Positions 11,902-25,954 of a stretch of DNA of 64,000 nt are shown in pieces (position 1 is the first letter of the stretch; every line of letters starts with the position of its first letter). The translations under genes were made by a program, and so were the position numbers. Below the pieces are notes generated by a model. That model was not told where the DNA came from. It ran no database searches and saw nothing but the letters and a program-made list of their open reading frames with translations. The DNA comes from the human T2T-CHM13v2.0 reference genome, Homo sapiens, in assembly GCF_009914755.1 (NCBI RefSeq), contig NC_060947.1. One strand, given 5' to 3'.

Positions 11902-14900
11902 AAAAGAAGTGGCAAAACCTGGCATTTTGCCTGAAAACTTTGCATCCTTTCACTTTTGAGAATGATGTTAGCTATAGGTTTTTCATATGTCACCTTTATT
12001 ATATTGAGTTAGTTTCCTTATATTCCTATTTTGCTGATTATTTTTCATCGTGAAAGTCTGTTGAATTTTGGCAAATGCTTTTTTCTCTGCATCAATATAG
12101 ATGTTTAGGTGAGTTTCTCCCCTTCATTCTGTTAATGTAGCATATCATTATTTGATTTTTCTATGGTGATTCAATCTCACATTCTAGGAAAAAAATCCCT
12201 CTTGGTCATGGTGTTCAATTATTTTGATATGCTACAATTCTGTTTGCTAATATTTTCTTGCATATTTTTGGATCAATATTCATAAGGGATATTGATCTCT
12301 AACTTTTTTTCCTTGTAGTGTCTTTTCTGCCATGGTATCAGGGTAGTACTGGCCTCACAGAATGAGTCTGTAGGTGTTTCTTCCTCTTCAAATTTTTAAA
12401 AGAGTTTGTAAGGCATTGATGTTAATTTTTCTTTAAATGTTGGAAGATTCACCAGCGACACCATCTGATCCTAAGGTTTTCATTGTTGGGATATTTTTAA
12501 TTATTTATTCAATCTCCTTACAACTGTAGGTTTGTTCAGGTTTTATATGTATTTTTGATTCAGTCTTGATAAATTGTGTATTTCCACCAATTGGTTATTC
12601 ATCTGTGTTATACATATATCTATGTCATACATTTCGCTGACACATGATTGTTCATTGAAGGTGGGATATTTAAATCTCCTACTATTATTTTAGAACCATG
12701 TATTTTCCCTTCAATTACATCAATGTTTGCTTCATATATAGGAGCTCTGATGTTTTCTGCACATATGTCTATAATTTTATAACTTCTTGACGAACTTATA
12801 CTTTTATCAATATATAATGTCTTTCTTGTTTCTTTTAACAGTTTTTATGACATAAAGTCAATTCTGTTTGATACTAGTATAACCACCCTTTGTCTTTGGT
12901 TACTAATGGCATGGAATATACTTTTTCATCCTTTAACTTTCAAATTATATGAGTAGTTTTTGCTAAGTGATCTTTTAATAAATAAGGAATAGTTGGATCC
13001 TGTGTGTTTTCTTTTTGTCACTTCTGCCAATCTATGCATTTTGATTGGGGAATATAATTCATTTACTTTTAAAGTACTTACTAATAGGGAAGAACTTACT
13101 GTAGCCATTTCGTTGTTTTCTGTATGTCTTATAGCATTTTTCCCCTTCATGTCCTCCTTTATTGTCTTCTTTTGTGTTTAGTTGACTTTTTGTGACATAT
13201 TTTGTTTCCCTCTCATTTCTCTTTGTTTATATTCTATAGATATTTTCTTTGTGGTGACCATAGGGATTGCATCTAACCTCTTAAGGTTGCAATATCTATT
13301 TTAAACTTATACAACTTAACTTCCGTTGAATAGAAAATGCTACTCCTTTACAAAAATACAAAAAATACAGTCTGTGTATCCAATTAGCTACTATTTTTGT
13401 GAAGCAGTTTTGTATCTATGTTTCAGAGGAATAATTTTCCTCCATCAGTTTTTGTTTCATCCTTCGGTAGCCTTATATAATGAGGTCAGAAGTATTCAAT
13501 TCTCTCATATATTTGAAGAACTTTGTATGTATGTGACATTATTCCTTCTATTAATGTTGGTAGTATTAAACAGGAATACCATCTTCCTTCGGAGTTTTCA
13601 TTCTTGCAAAGGTTTTAACTACAAGTTCATTTCAACTTTCTCAATAAATTTAAAATGATTTCTGAGATCTATTTATTTTTGAGTGAGTTTGGGAATCGGT
13701 GTGTTCTAAGGAACTGGACCAGTTAATATAAGTTGCCAAATTTATTGGCATATAATTGCTAATAATATCCCCATATTATAATTTTAATACATAGGATCTG
13801 TAAGATCAGCAAACATGTCTGCTTTTTCATTCCTGATATTTACAAATTGTGTCTCCTCCATTTTTTCCTTGTCAATCTGCATGAAAAATTATCAATCTTA
13901 TTGACCTTTTGAAAAAATCAGATTTTAATTAAATTGATATTTGCTATTGTTTCAGTTTTCAACATCATTGATCTCTGCTGTCGTCTTTATTATTTTCTTC
14001 TTTCTGAATGATTTAGCTTATTTTTCTCTTCCTTTCCTAGTTTCTTAAGGTTGAAGCTTAGAGTGTTGATTTGAGAACCCCGTTTCTTTCCAACATAAGC
14101 ATGTAATTCTTGTAATTTTCCTGTAAGTACTGCTTTAGTTGCATCCCACAATTTTGATATGTTGCATTTTTATTTTTTTAATTCAAAATATTTTCTATTT
14201 ATCCTTGTGACTCCCTATTTGACTCATAGGTTATTTAGAAATGAGTCGTTTAATTTCCAAACATTTCAGGCTTTCCAGGTAAGTTTCTATTATTGCTCTC
14301 TAGTTTATTTCTGTTGTAGTCAGGAAACACATTTTGTATGATCTCAATACTTTTAAATATGGTGAGATATGTTTTATGACACATAATAGGGTTTATTTTC
14401 ATTAACGTACAAGTCTACTTTAAAAGATTCTGTACTCCACTATTGTTGGGTAGAGTGTCAATTAGATTAAATTCGTTGATAGTATTCTTTCGATTTTCAA
14501 CATTCTTTTTCCATCAATTTTTGAGAGAGAATATTCAATTTTTCAATTATAATTGTGGATTTATCAATTTGTCCTTTTGAATCTATCAGTTTGGGTTTTA
14601 TGTATTTAGAAGCTCTCTTATTAGATACTTAAATTTTTAGAATTTTAATTTCTTCTTAGGAAATCAGTCCATTTGTTATTATATAATATGCTTCATTCTC
14701 CCTATTAGTCTCACTGTACTGATTACTACTTTGTCTGATACTAATATATCTACTATAGTTTTCTTTTGATTAGCATTTGCATGTTATATCATCTTCTATG
14801 CTTTTACTTTTAGCCTATTTATGATTTTAATTTCCAAGGGAGTTTCATGTAGATAGCATGAACTTAGGTCTTGCAGTTTATCTACTCTCACAATCTCTAA

Positions 14901-17040
14901 CTTTTAAAGCACTTAAGCCATTTGTTTTAAGGTAATTATTAATATGCTTGGATTTATATCTACTATTTTTCCAGCTGTTTTCTATTTGTGTTGTTTTCTT
15001 TGTTCCTTTTTTTCTCTTTTTTTGCCCTTGTCTGGGAAAATTTAGTAGCTTTTTATGATTTTTCTTTCATCTGAATTATTAGTTTATTATATTTATACAA
15101 CTGTTCTAATTTTCTATAGTTGCCTATAGATTACAATGTACTTCTTTAATATGTCATAGTCTGCCTTCAAATAATATGTCATTTCATATATAGTATAAGA
15201 AACCTAAGATGAGATCCATTTTTTCTCTCTCCTCTTTTGTTTTTCGTTGGCATACATTTTACTTTTACATGTAATTAACCCCACAGTACATTTGTTACTA
15301 TTTTGCATTAGAATATTTATTATCCTCTCAAATGATTAAAAATAAGAAAGCAGTGTCTTTTATATTTACCGTTTTTACCATTTTCGCAGCTCTTCAATTC
15401 ATTGTTTCATTCAAAGTTTCTGTCTGGTATTCCTCTGTCTGAAAACTGTCCTTAGCATTTTCTTTTGTAGCACAGGTCTACAGGTAGTGAATAGTCTTAG
15501 AATTTGTTTTTAAAAAACTGATTTGTTTCATCATTTTGAAAAACATTTTAACTGGGTATTAAATTCTGAGTTGATGGTGTTTTTTTTCTTTCAGCTCATT
15601 GGAAATGTCAGTCATTTTTCTCCTGACATGCATATTTTCTGACAAAAAGTCTACTATAGCCTTTATCTCTTTGTATTGAAAATAGTTCCTTTTCTCCAAT
15701 CGCCTTCAAGGTTTTTTTTTTTTTAATTTTCATTTTTTCAGCATTTTAAGTATGATATGTTTAGATGTGGTATTTTGTTCTCATTCTTATTTGTCTGATA
15801 CATTGTTTTCTGAGATTCTTGGATTTGTGGTTTGATACCATTCATAATTTGGGGGCAATTGTTTCTCATTATTTCTTTAAATAGTTTCTGCCATGTTCCT
15901 TCTCTCTTCCTTCTTTGTTAAAACCGTTGCTATTGTTCCATGTTTTTTAGATACCCTATTACATTTTTTCTTTCTTTTTCCTCTGTTTCAGTTTGGGTAA
16001 TCTGCATGGAACTATCTTGAGGTTCATATACGTTTTCTTGACTGTGTTGAGCCTACTGATGAACTTATTGAAGACATTCTTCATCTCTGATGTTGTCTTT
16101 TATATTTCTAAGATTTACATTTGACATGTTTTTTATAGTTACCATCTCTGCTGAATTTCTCCATTTGTGCATGCAATTATTCACCTTTCCCACTAAATCC
16201 TTTAATATATTACAGTTAATTTAATGTTCCTGTCTCAAAGTTCTAGCATTTATATCTCCTCTGCAGCTGGTTCTGTTGATTGATTTGTTTCAAATTTTTA
16301 AATTTAATGCCCAACATCATGTGTAGAACAGAAGAGACTGAGGTAAATGTTATTCATGTCCAGGAATGGGCATGTTTTTTCTTTTATTAGGCTGTTAGTA
16401 TAGGGGGTTGAAAAATGTAGTCAGGAATATATCTGTGTTTGGGTTTTTCTGCTGCTGTTGTTTTCTGCAATGCACACAGCATAAAATTCCTCTGGTAACG
16501 GACTGCTGTAGATTTATGCCTAGGCTGAAGGCAGATTTGGCACTGGGTATTTTTCTCTGTTGGTGCCCAATTCTAAGTTTACAACTGTGTCCACACACTT
16601 GGTGCACAGAATGGCTCTCTCTTTGGCTCTTGCTCCTCCCTAACGATAGGTGGCTATAATTTATTGGTCGGTGCTAGGTTTATGATAAAGGTTCCAGGAA
16701 GTGGAGTCTGTTTTCCTTATCTGGCCTTATACTTAAGTAGATGCAGTGTGCCTAGGCCTGAAAGGTGGAGATTTCTCAGCATTCCTGCCCTTCATTCTCA
16801 TTCCAGAAAGCCAAACTCTGCTTTGTATTTGAGTTAGGTTTCCATGCAGGAGAAACTCTCCTGCCCCTCACCCAGCGGCAGGAGGCATCTAATGGTATTG
16901 GTATAGGATCGTGTGCCCAGAATTGTTTCATGCTCTAAGAAATCTTTTTTTTATTAATTCCACAGGTTCACTAGCCACAACACAAAAGTTTTCCTGCCGT
17001 TTCCCTATTAGCTTAAATCTTCCTTTGTAATTAAACAGTT

Positions 17041-17222
17041 AGGAGTGACATCAGTGAAAATGGCAGAGTAAAAACCTCTGACAATATTTTTCTTCCAAAA
17101 AAATGGCAAAAGTTGTCAGAAGCAACTTTTTTAGAACTCTGGAAATTAACTAAATCTTTGCAGCAATCTGGGAGCATTTACTCTATAAAAACAACTTAAT
17201 CTCAGTAAGAAGAGTGAGCTGG
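17041..17222 (+). mobile_element. Old L1M 5'-end fragment
   Basis: gtgacatcagtgaaaatggcagagta and caactttttagaactctggaaattaac resemble L1MC/MD 5' termini. Confidence 0.6.
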
Positions 17223-18165
17223 GCAGTAATATGATTTAAGTTTGTTATTGTGGAAAGTTCTCATTATCAGGGCCCCATTTACTTCCCCAAAAATAGTGTT
17301 TGCACTAGACTATACCATCTTTAGCAGCATGATTCTATAACCAATGACTCTTTCTAACAGAAAGAATTACAGTGCTCATGACCTTGCAAAGAGAAAGACA
17401 ATTGCTGTCTGTATGTATCACTAATGTCACATATCTGTTGTTGTCAATCTGTGAACCCAGCTATCTAATTCACTAGCAAAAATATTCATAGTAAAAATGT
17501 TGAATTATCAAAATAGTTTCTGTGAATTATAATTCCTACTTTGCTTAATTCTTTATATACAATTTTATCTCAAGTGGAAGGAATGCTATTAAAACTTTGT
17601 AACATAGCATACACAAACTAAAGGATGTTTGATATATTTTGCCTGAATTAATATTGAGCTATTAGACAAGTCTTACAGGCAGACATTTGCAATTCTACTA
17701 AATTGCTGCAATATATCAAATAACTTTTTGTTACAGGAATAGAAATTCATTTAGCCAATTTTGGCATTGCATAACATATCTCTTTATTGTTACCATCTCT
17801 CTTTCCCTCCTATGCTTCATTAGTTCAGGAAGGAATCAATGTCATAACTGAATTGTAAAATGGAGAGAATTTAGTTGCCATTTCTTCCCAAATGTTTCAA
17901 CTCATTCATATTATTTTAAAAATCAGCGTGCAAACTTATTTGATGTCTAACTTTAAAACTATTTTAGCAATCCTTCTAAAATTAATATAAATATTTAAAA
18001 CTCCATCATGGGGTAATTCCAGAGAAAAGTAATCATGAAGTAAAGAATTAGAAAAGCATCTACTCTTACAAAACAGAGTAAAACAAAGGGATCACATGGG
18101 ATCATCTTAGTTCTTAGCAAATATTATAGCGGAAACCACCACTATATATGTATATAAAATACATA

Positions 18166-18167
<2 letters not shown>

Positions 18168-18203
<36 letters not shown>
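18168..18203. repeat. (AC)n microsatellite, ~18 units
   Basis: Direct read. Confidence 0.95.
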
Positions 18204-18207
<4 letters not shown>

Positions 18208-18597
18208 ATTGACTAGAATTTGCCTTTAGCAATTTTAAACATATATATTATTAAAATATAAATACACATACTTTTATATAGTAAAAAATAATTACATTTT
18301 AGAATCACTGGTTCAAATAAAAGTAATCAGTATTTTTATCCTTTTCTCAGTTAATGAATGCTTTAAAAACTATGTCTAGGGAAGATAACCCTAAACCATG
18401 CATAGTCCCAGCTTCTATCACTGGGTTCAGAAGATGTTTATTTCAAAGAAATAAATCCCAGCCTTATCCAGAGGGAAAGAAATCAGACGCAGAAGAAAAG
18501 AAAATAAAGGAAGTTATAAATTAAACAGCTAGATTTATTGTGTGAAGAAATGCAACTGAAGATAAATATAATATGTTTGCTTTTGGAAGGAACTACC

Positions 18598-18791
18598 TGG
18601 GGTGGCCAGATAAAATATAGGATGTTCAGTCAAATTTTAATTTGAAATAAAAAGATGAAAATAATTGTATAAGCATGTTTCTTTCATGCCATGTTTGGGA
18701 CATATACTAAAAAAAATTATTCATTGTTTATTCTGAAATTGAAATTTAACTGGTCATCCAGCATTTCTATTTGACAAATCCAACAACCCTA
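18598..18791. mobile_element. MER53 palindromic hAT MITE, full length
   Basis: Termini tggggtggccagataaaatatagga...ttgacaaatccaacaacccta, ~194 bp, internal dyad (cagtcaaattttaatttgaa/tctgaaattgaaatttaactg). Confidence 0.85.
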
Positions 18792-21700
18792 AATCTACTC
18801 CAAGTGTATAAATAGCCGAATAATTATATCCTGATTTGTACTTGCTAAAATATTTTCCTGTAATAAAAGTAGTGCTGACAATCTTCCCAATTATAACAGA
18901 TTCTATCAATGAGAACTTATTTATGGGAGAGTTATAGGAGACTGCATTTATTCATCACAAGATTTCCCCAAAGATTTTGTTGTTTTTCTTCTTTCTGCCA
19001 TTTTCAGAAAATGGATAATTTATGCAGGAACAATTGGCCACACTGGCTTGTTGAATACATGGTAGATTTAGGAGAAAATATTCTAGTTTCTTAGAGAGCA
19101 GAGCAATTACACAAATGGTGTCCTTGGGTGACCACGTGAATTAAATACTTTGACATTCAAGTTGTGGCTTTTTTTCTTCTTTCCTATGGCAATTAAGCTG
19201 ATTTGCAAAACAAAAAAGAAAGCCTACTTAAAGAGTTTAATATTAATATATTAGTCCCTCCTAAGCTGCTTCAAATCCTGTTGCATATTTCTATAGATCT
19301 ACACTGTAGGAGACTCGTTTTTTAAAAATATTGCCAAACTTTGCCAATATTAATTTTAAGATACTTGAAGTTATTCATTCTCATTCAGCATTCACTTAGA
19401 AGAAGCTCCTCTTTCATTTCTCAACTTCAGATTTAATTTTAATTTTTTTTTGCTTAAAATGTTGAAAACTTGGCAAGAGTGTAAAACCAATGAGAGAACA
19501 GAGACTTTTAGTGTATGTTGATCTCCCTAAAAGGGGCTGAATGTTGTCAACTTTTTTTTTTTTACTGTTTGCTCTTTGAAAGACTGGAGTGCTCACTGAG
19601 TCCCTTTTACAAATAAAATGCCGGGCCTTTAAAAGCAGCAGGAATAAGACAACATTAGAGGTTCCAAAGGGCAGTTGCAAGGCTATACAGTCAGGTTAGC
19701 AGAAGATGAAGGTAGAAATTGGGACAACCAGAAGTTTAGGCAGGTAGCCTTCAGAAAAAAATCTAGAGGTAAAGGAGCTGTCTGTTTCCAGCAGGAGAAA
19801 GGACAGAATCCTCAACAAGATTAAGTGCTGAAAACCTGGAAAGCGTGCTTAAAGGTGACAGTATCTCTTTTTTCTATACCTCTACCTCCCACTCTACCAT
19901 TCCCTTTCTCTTTCTATTCTTCTCACTGCCCTCACCTTGCTTTCTATTTGATGCCCTCACTTATCTTTTCCTACAACTGGGCCATAGCTTTCAGTTAAAA
20001 GAGCACCAGCACCTATCTGCAGTACTTTTGCTTAGCTTTCCCAGGAACATTCAGTTTATCAGACCTTTATGGAGAAGCAATAAGACAGAAAGAGATCACA
20101 TTTGACACACGATGCCTCACTGCATTTAAAACAGAATCTTAGGATCTTACTCTTGAAATTTCAATCTTGATTTATCCACAGTACAAGTTTGCCAAGCTCA
20201 CCTGAGGTTCCCTTGGCAGATTATAAAACATAATTTTGTACTGAATTTGGGAATTAATTTGGGTAAGATGGGGGTTACAAATGAGAGTTTCTTGTATGTA
20301 TTCATTACATGCATTGTCATACATTTTGCTTAATATAACTTTTGAGTACAAAATACTGTTACCCCATTTACACAAACTTCCAGAACATAATTTGAAAATG
20401 ACTTCTTTTTGTGATGTTGATCTCTTTTCATTTCCTTTTTCTAGAGCTAAAGCTCTACATTCACCAGATAAAATGAACTAAAATATGCATTAACTGTGTA
20501 CATTTTAAATGTGCATTAAATGTCAATGTTGGAAAGGTTCATTAAAATTTAAGCATTCACAGGAAAATGATTATTGTCTGGAATGAAAAAGTAAAGCTCA
20601 GTTTTTCACTGAAAACGATAAACGATTTTCCAATGATTTTCCATTCTATGTTCTACCTCTTTGCTAAAGCCTAGAAGACGGCTGTGGCTAGATGGAGATT
20701 TAGCTACTGCCCTGGTTACTAACTACACTTAGTTTTCTACTTCTTATCTGTTTTGAAGGGGTTTATGTTCTTCCTTCGGAGATGATTTTTATCTTTGCCA
20801 TTTTATTTGATTTATGCAAGTAAGTCCAACTATTCTTTTTTTCCTATGAACAAAGAATGTACAAAATTCAACTTTCTATTTGTACATGTCAGTACAAATG
20901 CTAGAAACTGTAAGGCATCTGAAAGGCTATTTTGACCCTAAATATCACTTACCCACATTTGCCACTGAGTCTAAATGTTTTCATTTTTTCATCCTTTGTA
21001 AGCTAAGACATTGAGTTGATTAAATAGACATGTTATCAGGGACTTGATCATACAATTACTCATTATCACCTCAGTTCCAAGAGTATCTTCTTTCAGCAAC
21101 CCAGGAGAGATTTAAGAGGATAAAATAAAGGGAAGGAGTGTGAATCTTGTTACAGGGAAATGCTCCAGTAGGATATTGCGAAAAGGGGAGGTTATAAAAA
21201 TTCCTTTCTCCAGTCATCTAATCTTATTACTTCAGAATTAAGGTGAATATTCTTCTTATCATTACAACTCTTAAAACATTGAATATGTAGTGTCAGTGGC
21301 TACCTCTTTCCTCCTGAAGATATAATAATACCAATCTCTTTCTCTATTTTTTATCCCCCATCAAACCCACATACCTTCATTTACTATAAATTAACAAACT
21401 GTATACAGTAGGGAAAACAAAACAACACCAAATTGAAATTGAGCAAAACAAATTTACCTAAAACAGATTATCTTAACAATGGAGACAATGTATGACAAGA
21501 AAATCTTATTAGGATAAATATATAGCAAGTATGGTATACATATCTAGTCTCCCATTGAATCAACTTGAAGTTTCGGATACGATTTTTTACCATCAGTGAA
21601 GAATGTGTAGAAATGTTGTGAGCTGATTCTAGTGAGAAGGATTCCTGCCAGTGGAAGGACAGAGGATATGGCTTTAGAGGGGTACAGAGGAAGGATGTTG

Positions 21701-22730
21701 CTTGATTTACACAGAGAGGAGAAGCAAAGAAAGCAAGTCATAAGGAGGTCACAGAGAACAAGACAGTATCCCTCACTGAGTCAAGAAGGAATAAGAACTA
21801 GAAGAAGGAGGGAGGAGCAGAAAGTATAGAAATTATATCAAATTTTTGCTGGAAGAAAAAGAAACACATAAAAATGGTCAATTTTGTATAAAAAGCAATA
21901 GATTAAACAGGAACTTGCAGCATTAAAAATTGTATATTAAAATGTTCATTTTGCTCATTTTCTAACTCTCACTTAATTCTGCATGAGCATGCTTTCCTTA
22001 AAAGTCATTTGCATCTTGGATGTTTCTTTAATGCCCTGGTACATGGGGAGGGAAGAAATGAAAAGATCAATCAGTTTTTATAGTTAAAAAAATAGTGTTT
22101 ACCAGTAAGTAAAGGATTTAATAACGATTAGTGTTTATTAGAAGTAATTTATGTCTGGTATGTTTCAGAACCAAACATACAGGGGAACACTAGAAGACAA
22201 AGGAGAAAAAGACCATTTTGTGGTTGACAGAAATAATACTGATTACTATGAAAAAATGGTTCAGCAAAAAGTCTTAACACATTTAAAAGTGAAATTGTTC
22301 TGAATAGAGAAGCAAGATAGGGCAGGAAAGTTACATCATGACATGTCCCACCTAAAACCCTTTAGTGGCTCACCATTTAGGGCTGTGCATGATTTGGTCC
22401 TTATCTACCTCTCTAAATTTCATGTCTTGTGGTCTTTATCCTCCCACTCAACACTCCACCTCCAATACCTTTGTACAAGTTGCTATCTTATTTTGCTCCT
22501 CTCCCTTTTCCAACTCAAAGCCGGTTAAAATTTATTTATTCTTCGGATATCAGTAAACAACATGCTGAAATAGATTTGCTTCCTATTACACCATTAGGAT
22601 AGAAAGGGAGATAGATAGCTAGATAATAGAGGTATCAGTTATACAGTATATTTAATTAATCGGGCATACAATTATTGTACAAACATGCCAATTTATCAGA
22701 TAGAAAACAGCTTTGGAGAAACAATTTCTT

Positions 22731-22886
22731 TTTTAATTTTAATGCTTTAATTTTTATTTTTATTTTAATAGAGACAGGGTCTCACTATATTGTCCATGCT
22801 GCTCTTGAACTCCTGAGCTCAAACGATCCTCCTGCCTCGGCCTCTCAAAGTGCTAGGATTACAGGTATGAACCACTATACCTGGAC
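22731..22886 (-). mobile_element. FLAM_C / Alu left monomer
   Basis: Single monomer agagacagggtctcactat...accactatacctggac; 17-bp TSD tg(g/a)agaaacaatttctt at 22714-22730 and 22887-22903. Confidence 0.9.
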
Positions 22887-24179
22887 TGAAGAAACAATTT
22901 CTTACTTAATCTTACTATGTGACAGAATCTCGGAACAGTACAGCTGGGAAGAAGTTATATTTTAAACAGAATGACAATATTATTGTGTTCTCGTTGGAGT
23001 TTGTCATTCAATATTGTCATTGAGTATTCTCACTATTCCATACAAAATACTACAGAAAGTTTGTTGGAGAGCAGGTATAGTCTTGTACTGAAGCTCCTAT
23101 ACAAAGTACATGGTGATGATGTGGCTGACTCAAATGGCTTGAACGTTGCCATCTTAGAATAGGCAGCAGAACAAGATATGCAATGCAACTTCTTTCTCGA
23201 TAGATATTTTTGTGTGCTGAAAATAAATGATTCAGAGGTCCCTACCACTGAGTTGGATGATACTTTATTATTAAGTACTTAATGCGGTCAGATCATTTTA
23301 ATCTCTTTATACAAAACTGACCCTGAAGGTTTGCAACAATTTGCAATTAGTAGCAGATAGTTTAATGAGAATAAAACCGTTTTTTAAACAAAATAAGTAC
23401 CAGATACTGCTAAACATTTTTTAAGGAAGGCATGATATATGTATATAAAGGTTGTTCATTTTATCCACTTTTTTCCACAGTGTATATCATATGGTGTTAT
23501 TCAATCGTATTTGTTAAATGAAAGAATGAAGAGTGATTGGTTCTCATAGAAATCAGGAACATATGGATATAATAACTTGCCCAAGATCACACAGCTAGTA
23601 AATGGTGGACTATAGTCATGTTTGATGCTCAAAATATTCTAGATTTTTTCCAAAATGCTTCACTACGCTGCCTTCCTATTATGTGTTCATCAGATAAAAA
23701 TAATGACGAATTGGTATATTGTCTTAATTTATGAAATATTTCATTTAAAGTGTTTGTATATCTTAAAATTATCAAATCTGCTTTGCCTGTCACTATTATC
23801 ACTTCTTTATAATTATTCCTTAGACATTATAACCAGAGGGCATATAATAGATTGTAATTTATCATTCAGGAGACTAGTCAAATGAATCATATTATAAGTT
23901 TTCATGTGTATCAAAAAAAACTTTTATTGTCACGAAAATGAATTTATGAGTTTATTATTGGAGTCAATGGTCCTGTGGAAGCATAGCTATTTACATCCTC
24001 ATACCTTCTACATAAGGAAAAGTAATCAAATGCACAACCAATCCACATATATTATTTACTGGATCATATATTTAATTATTGCTTCCCTTGAAGTACCCAT
24101 TAATGCTGTGTAAATAAAGGTTAAGCAGCCACACTGGCTACCATTGGTTTCAGCAACAAAATAACATTCAACAAACAAC

Positions 24180-24372
24180 TAATGAGTGATTGTTATGTGT
24201 GTGTCAGACACTGACTCTACTTGGCACTTTACATCCCTCAGCTTTTTAATTTTCATAGCAACTCTAAAAAAGTAGGTACTATTATTATCATCTCTATTTT
24301 AAAGATTAGGAGTTTCAGACTCAGAGAGGTTAAGTGACTTGTTTAAGATCAAACAACTAAATTGTAGAATCA
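24180..24372 (-). mobile_element. MIR SINE
   Basis: Core gtaggtactattattatcatctctattttaaagat...ctcagagaggttaagtgacttg. Confidence 0.8.
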
Positions 24373-25568
24373 AAGTAGAATTTAGTAAAACTATTTGGCT
24401 ACATGAACATGTTTTTTTAAAAACTATAGCCACTACTCAGATCAGAATCTGAGCTCAGGTTCAGAGGCCAGATAAAGAAAAATATGTATATAAAGCTGGC
24501 TTTGATACCTTAATGTTATTTGCTGAATTTTTAGACTCAGTTATTTTTACTATTTAAATTTTGCTCTAATCAAGGGCTTACAAGTTAATTACTCCTTAGT
24601 ATACTTGTTCTTCATAATTGTAGCATTGTTTGCTTGTTTTGTTTTGTTTCCTAAGGGCACGGTGACCAGACTAACTCGGAGATAGGGTCTGATATTTTTA
24701 TATATTTAGCTGAGAGGTAAACTAATATCCAAGTTCTAAATGTACAAATCTCATGTAAAGTAGAACAAAGAAATTATATTAAGCTATCATGTACAAATTC
24801 AAATTAACCTATCATTTTACTTAGAGTACAAGACAAGATCAAATTTTGGAACAGACACTAAAAAGCTCTTCTATTAATGACTCTCAGCGAAAGTGTATTG
24901 TTTTCATTTATGCCTGAATTTTCTCCTGAAAGGTAAGAAATGTTTTAAGCGATTGTGTTTTAATGAGAGTTTTACTTCCATCAAGATATTTACAAACACT
25001 TTGTTAATTTAAGAAATACTTTAAAAATTACACTGGAAGGAAATAAAATGATTATATTGAACGAAGAAGTGTTATTTGAGTTTTCGGATATCTACAGTGT
25101 ATCTGGTCTTTTAGACTTTTAGATACTGCTGGGCCTATATCCAAAGAAAAGAAGTATGTCAAAGAGTATATCTGCACTGTTATGTTCATTGCAACACTAC
25201 TCACAATAGCCAAGGTATGAAATCAACCTAAATATCCATCAACGGATGAATGGATAAATAAAATGCGGTATATATATATATATACAACGTAATACTATTT
25301 GGCCATAAAAAAAGAAGGAAATCCTTTTGTCATTTGCGGATGAATCTGGAAGATATAATGTTAAGTAAAATAAGCCAGGCACGGAAATGCAAATACTCAG
25401 TGATCTCACTCATATGTAGAATCTAAAAGAGTTGATTTCATAGAAGTGGAGTAGAATGGTGGTTACCAGAGGCTAAGGTGGTTAGAGGGGAGTGTAGGTT
25501 GGAGAGGTGTTAGTCAAAGGATACATAATTACAGTTAGATAAGAGGAATAAGTTCAGGAGCTCTATTG

Positions 25569-25912
25569 TATCAGTCCCCAACCTTTTTGGCACTAGGGAC
25601 CGGTTTCATGGAAGACAATTTTTTTCCACAGATGGAGATGAGGGAGATGGTTTCAGGATGAAACTGTCCCACTTCAGATCATCAGGTATTAGTTAGATTT
25701 TCATAAGGAGCATGCAACCTAGATCCCTCGCACGTGAAGCTCACTATAGGGTTCGTGCTCCTATGAGAATCTTATGTTGCCATTGATATGAAAGGAGGCA
25801 GAGCTCAGGTGGTAATGCTTGCTTGCCCACCACTCACCTCTTGCTGTGTGGCCTGGTTCCTAATAGGCCACCAACATGGACCAGTCTGCAGCCCAGGGGT
25901 TGGGGACCCCTG
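25569..25912 (-). mobile_element. MER1B (hAT-Charlie), full length
   Basis: TIRs cagtccccaacc...ggttggggacccctg; perfect 8-bp TSD ctctattg at 25561-25568 and 25913-25920. Confidence 0.95.
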
Positions 25913-25954
25913 CTCTATTGTATTGCATGGTGACTATAGTGAATGACAATGTAT

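Larger units (their letters stand above)
4357..17030 (-). mobile_element. Nested block of decayed minus-strand L1M (L1MB/MC/MD/ME-type) fragments covering 3'UTR, ORF2, ORF1 and 5' regions
   Basis: T-rich antisense L1 motifs recur (tttattgatatataat at 5481, ttgcatttccctgatgactaataatgtt at 6487, tttgattactgttgctttgcagtaagt at 7698). ORF 12926-13150(-) has VSTLKVNELYSPIKMHRLAE, resembling the L1 endonuclease N-terminus. Several elements are interleaved, so internal boundaries are uncertain. Confidence 0.85.

Noticed and set aside
14271-14284. Plus-strand ctttccag|gtaagt recursive-splice motif
   Set aside because: Inside decayed L1 with a short pyrimidine tract; consistent with chance.
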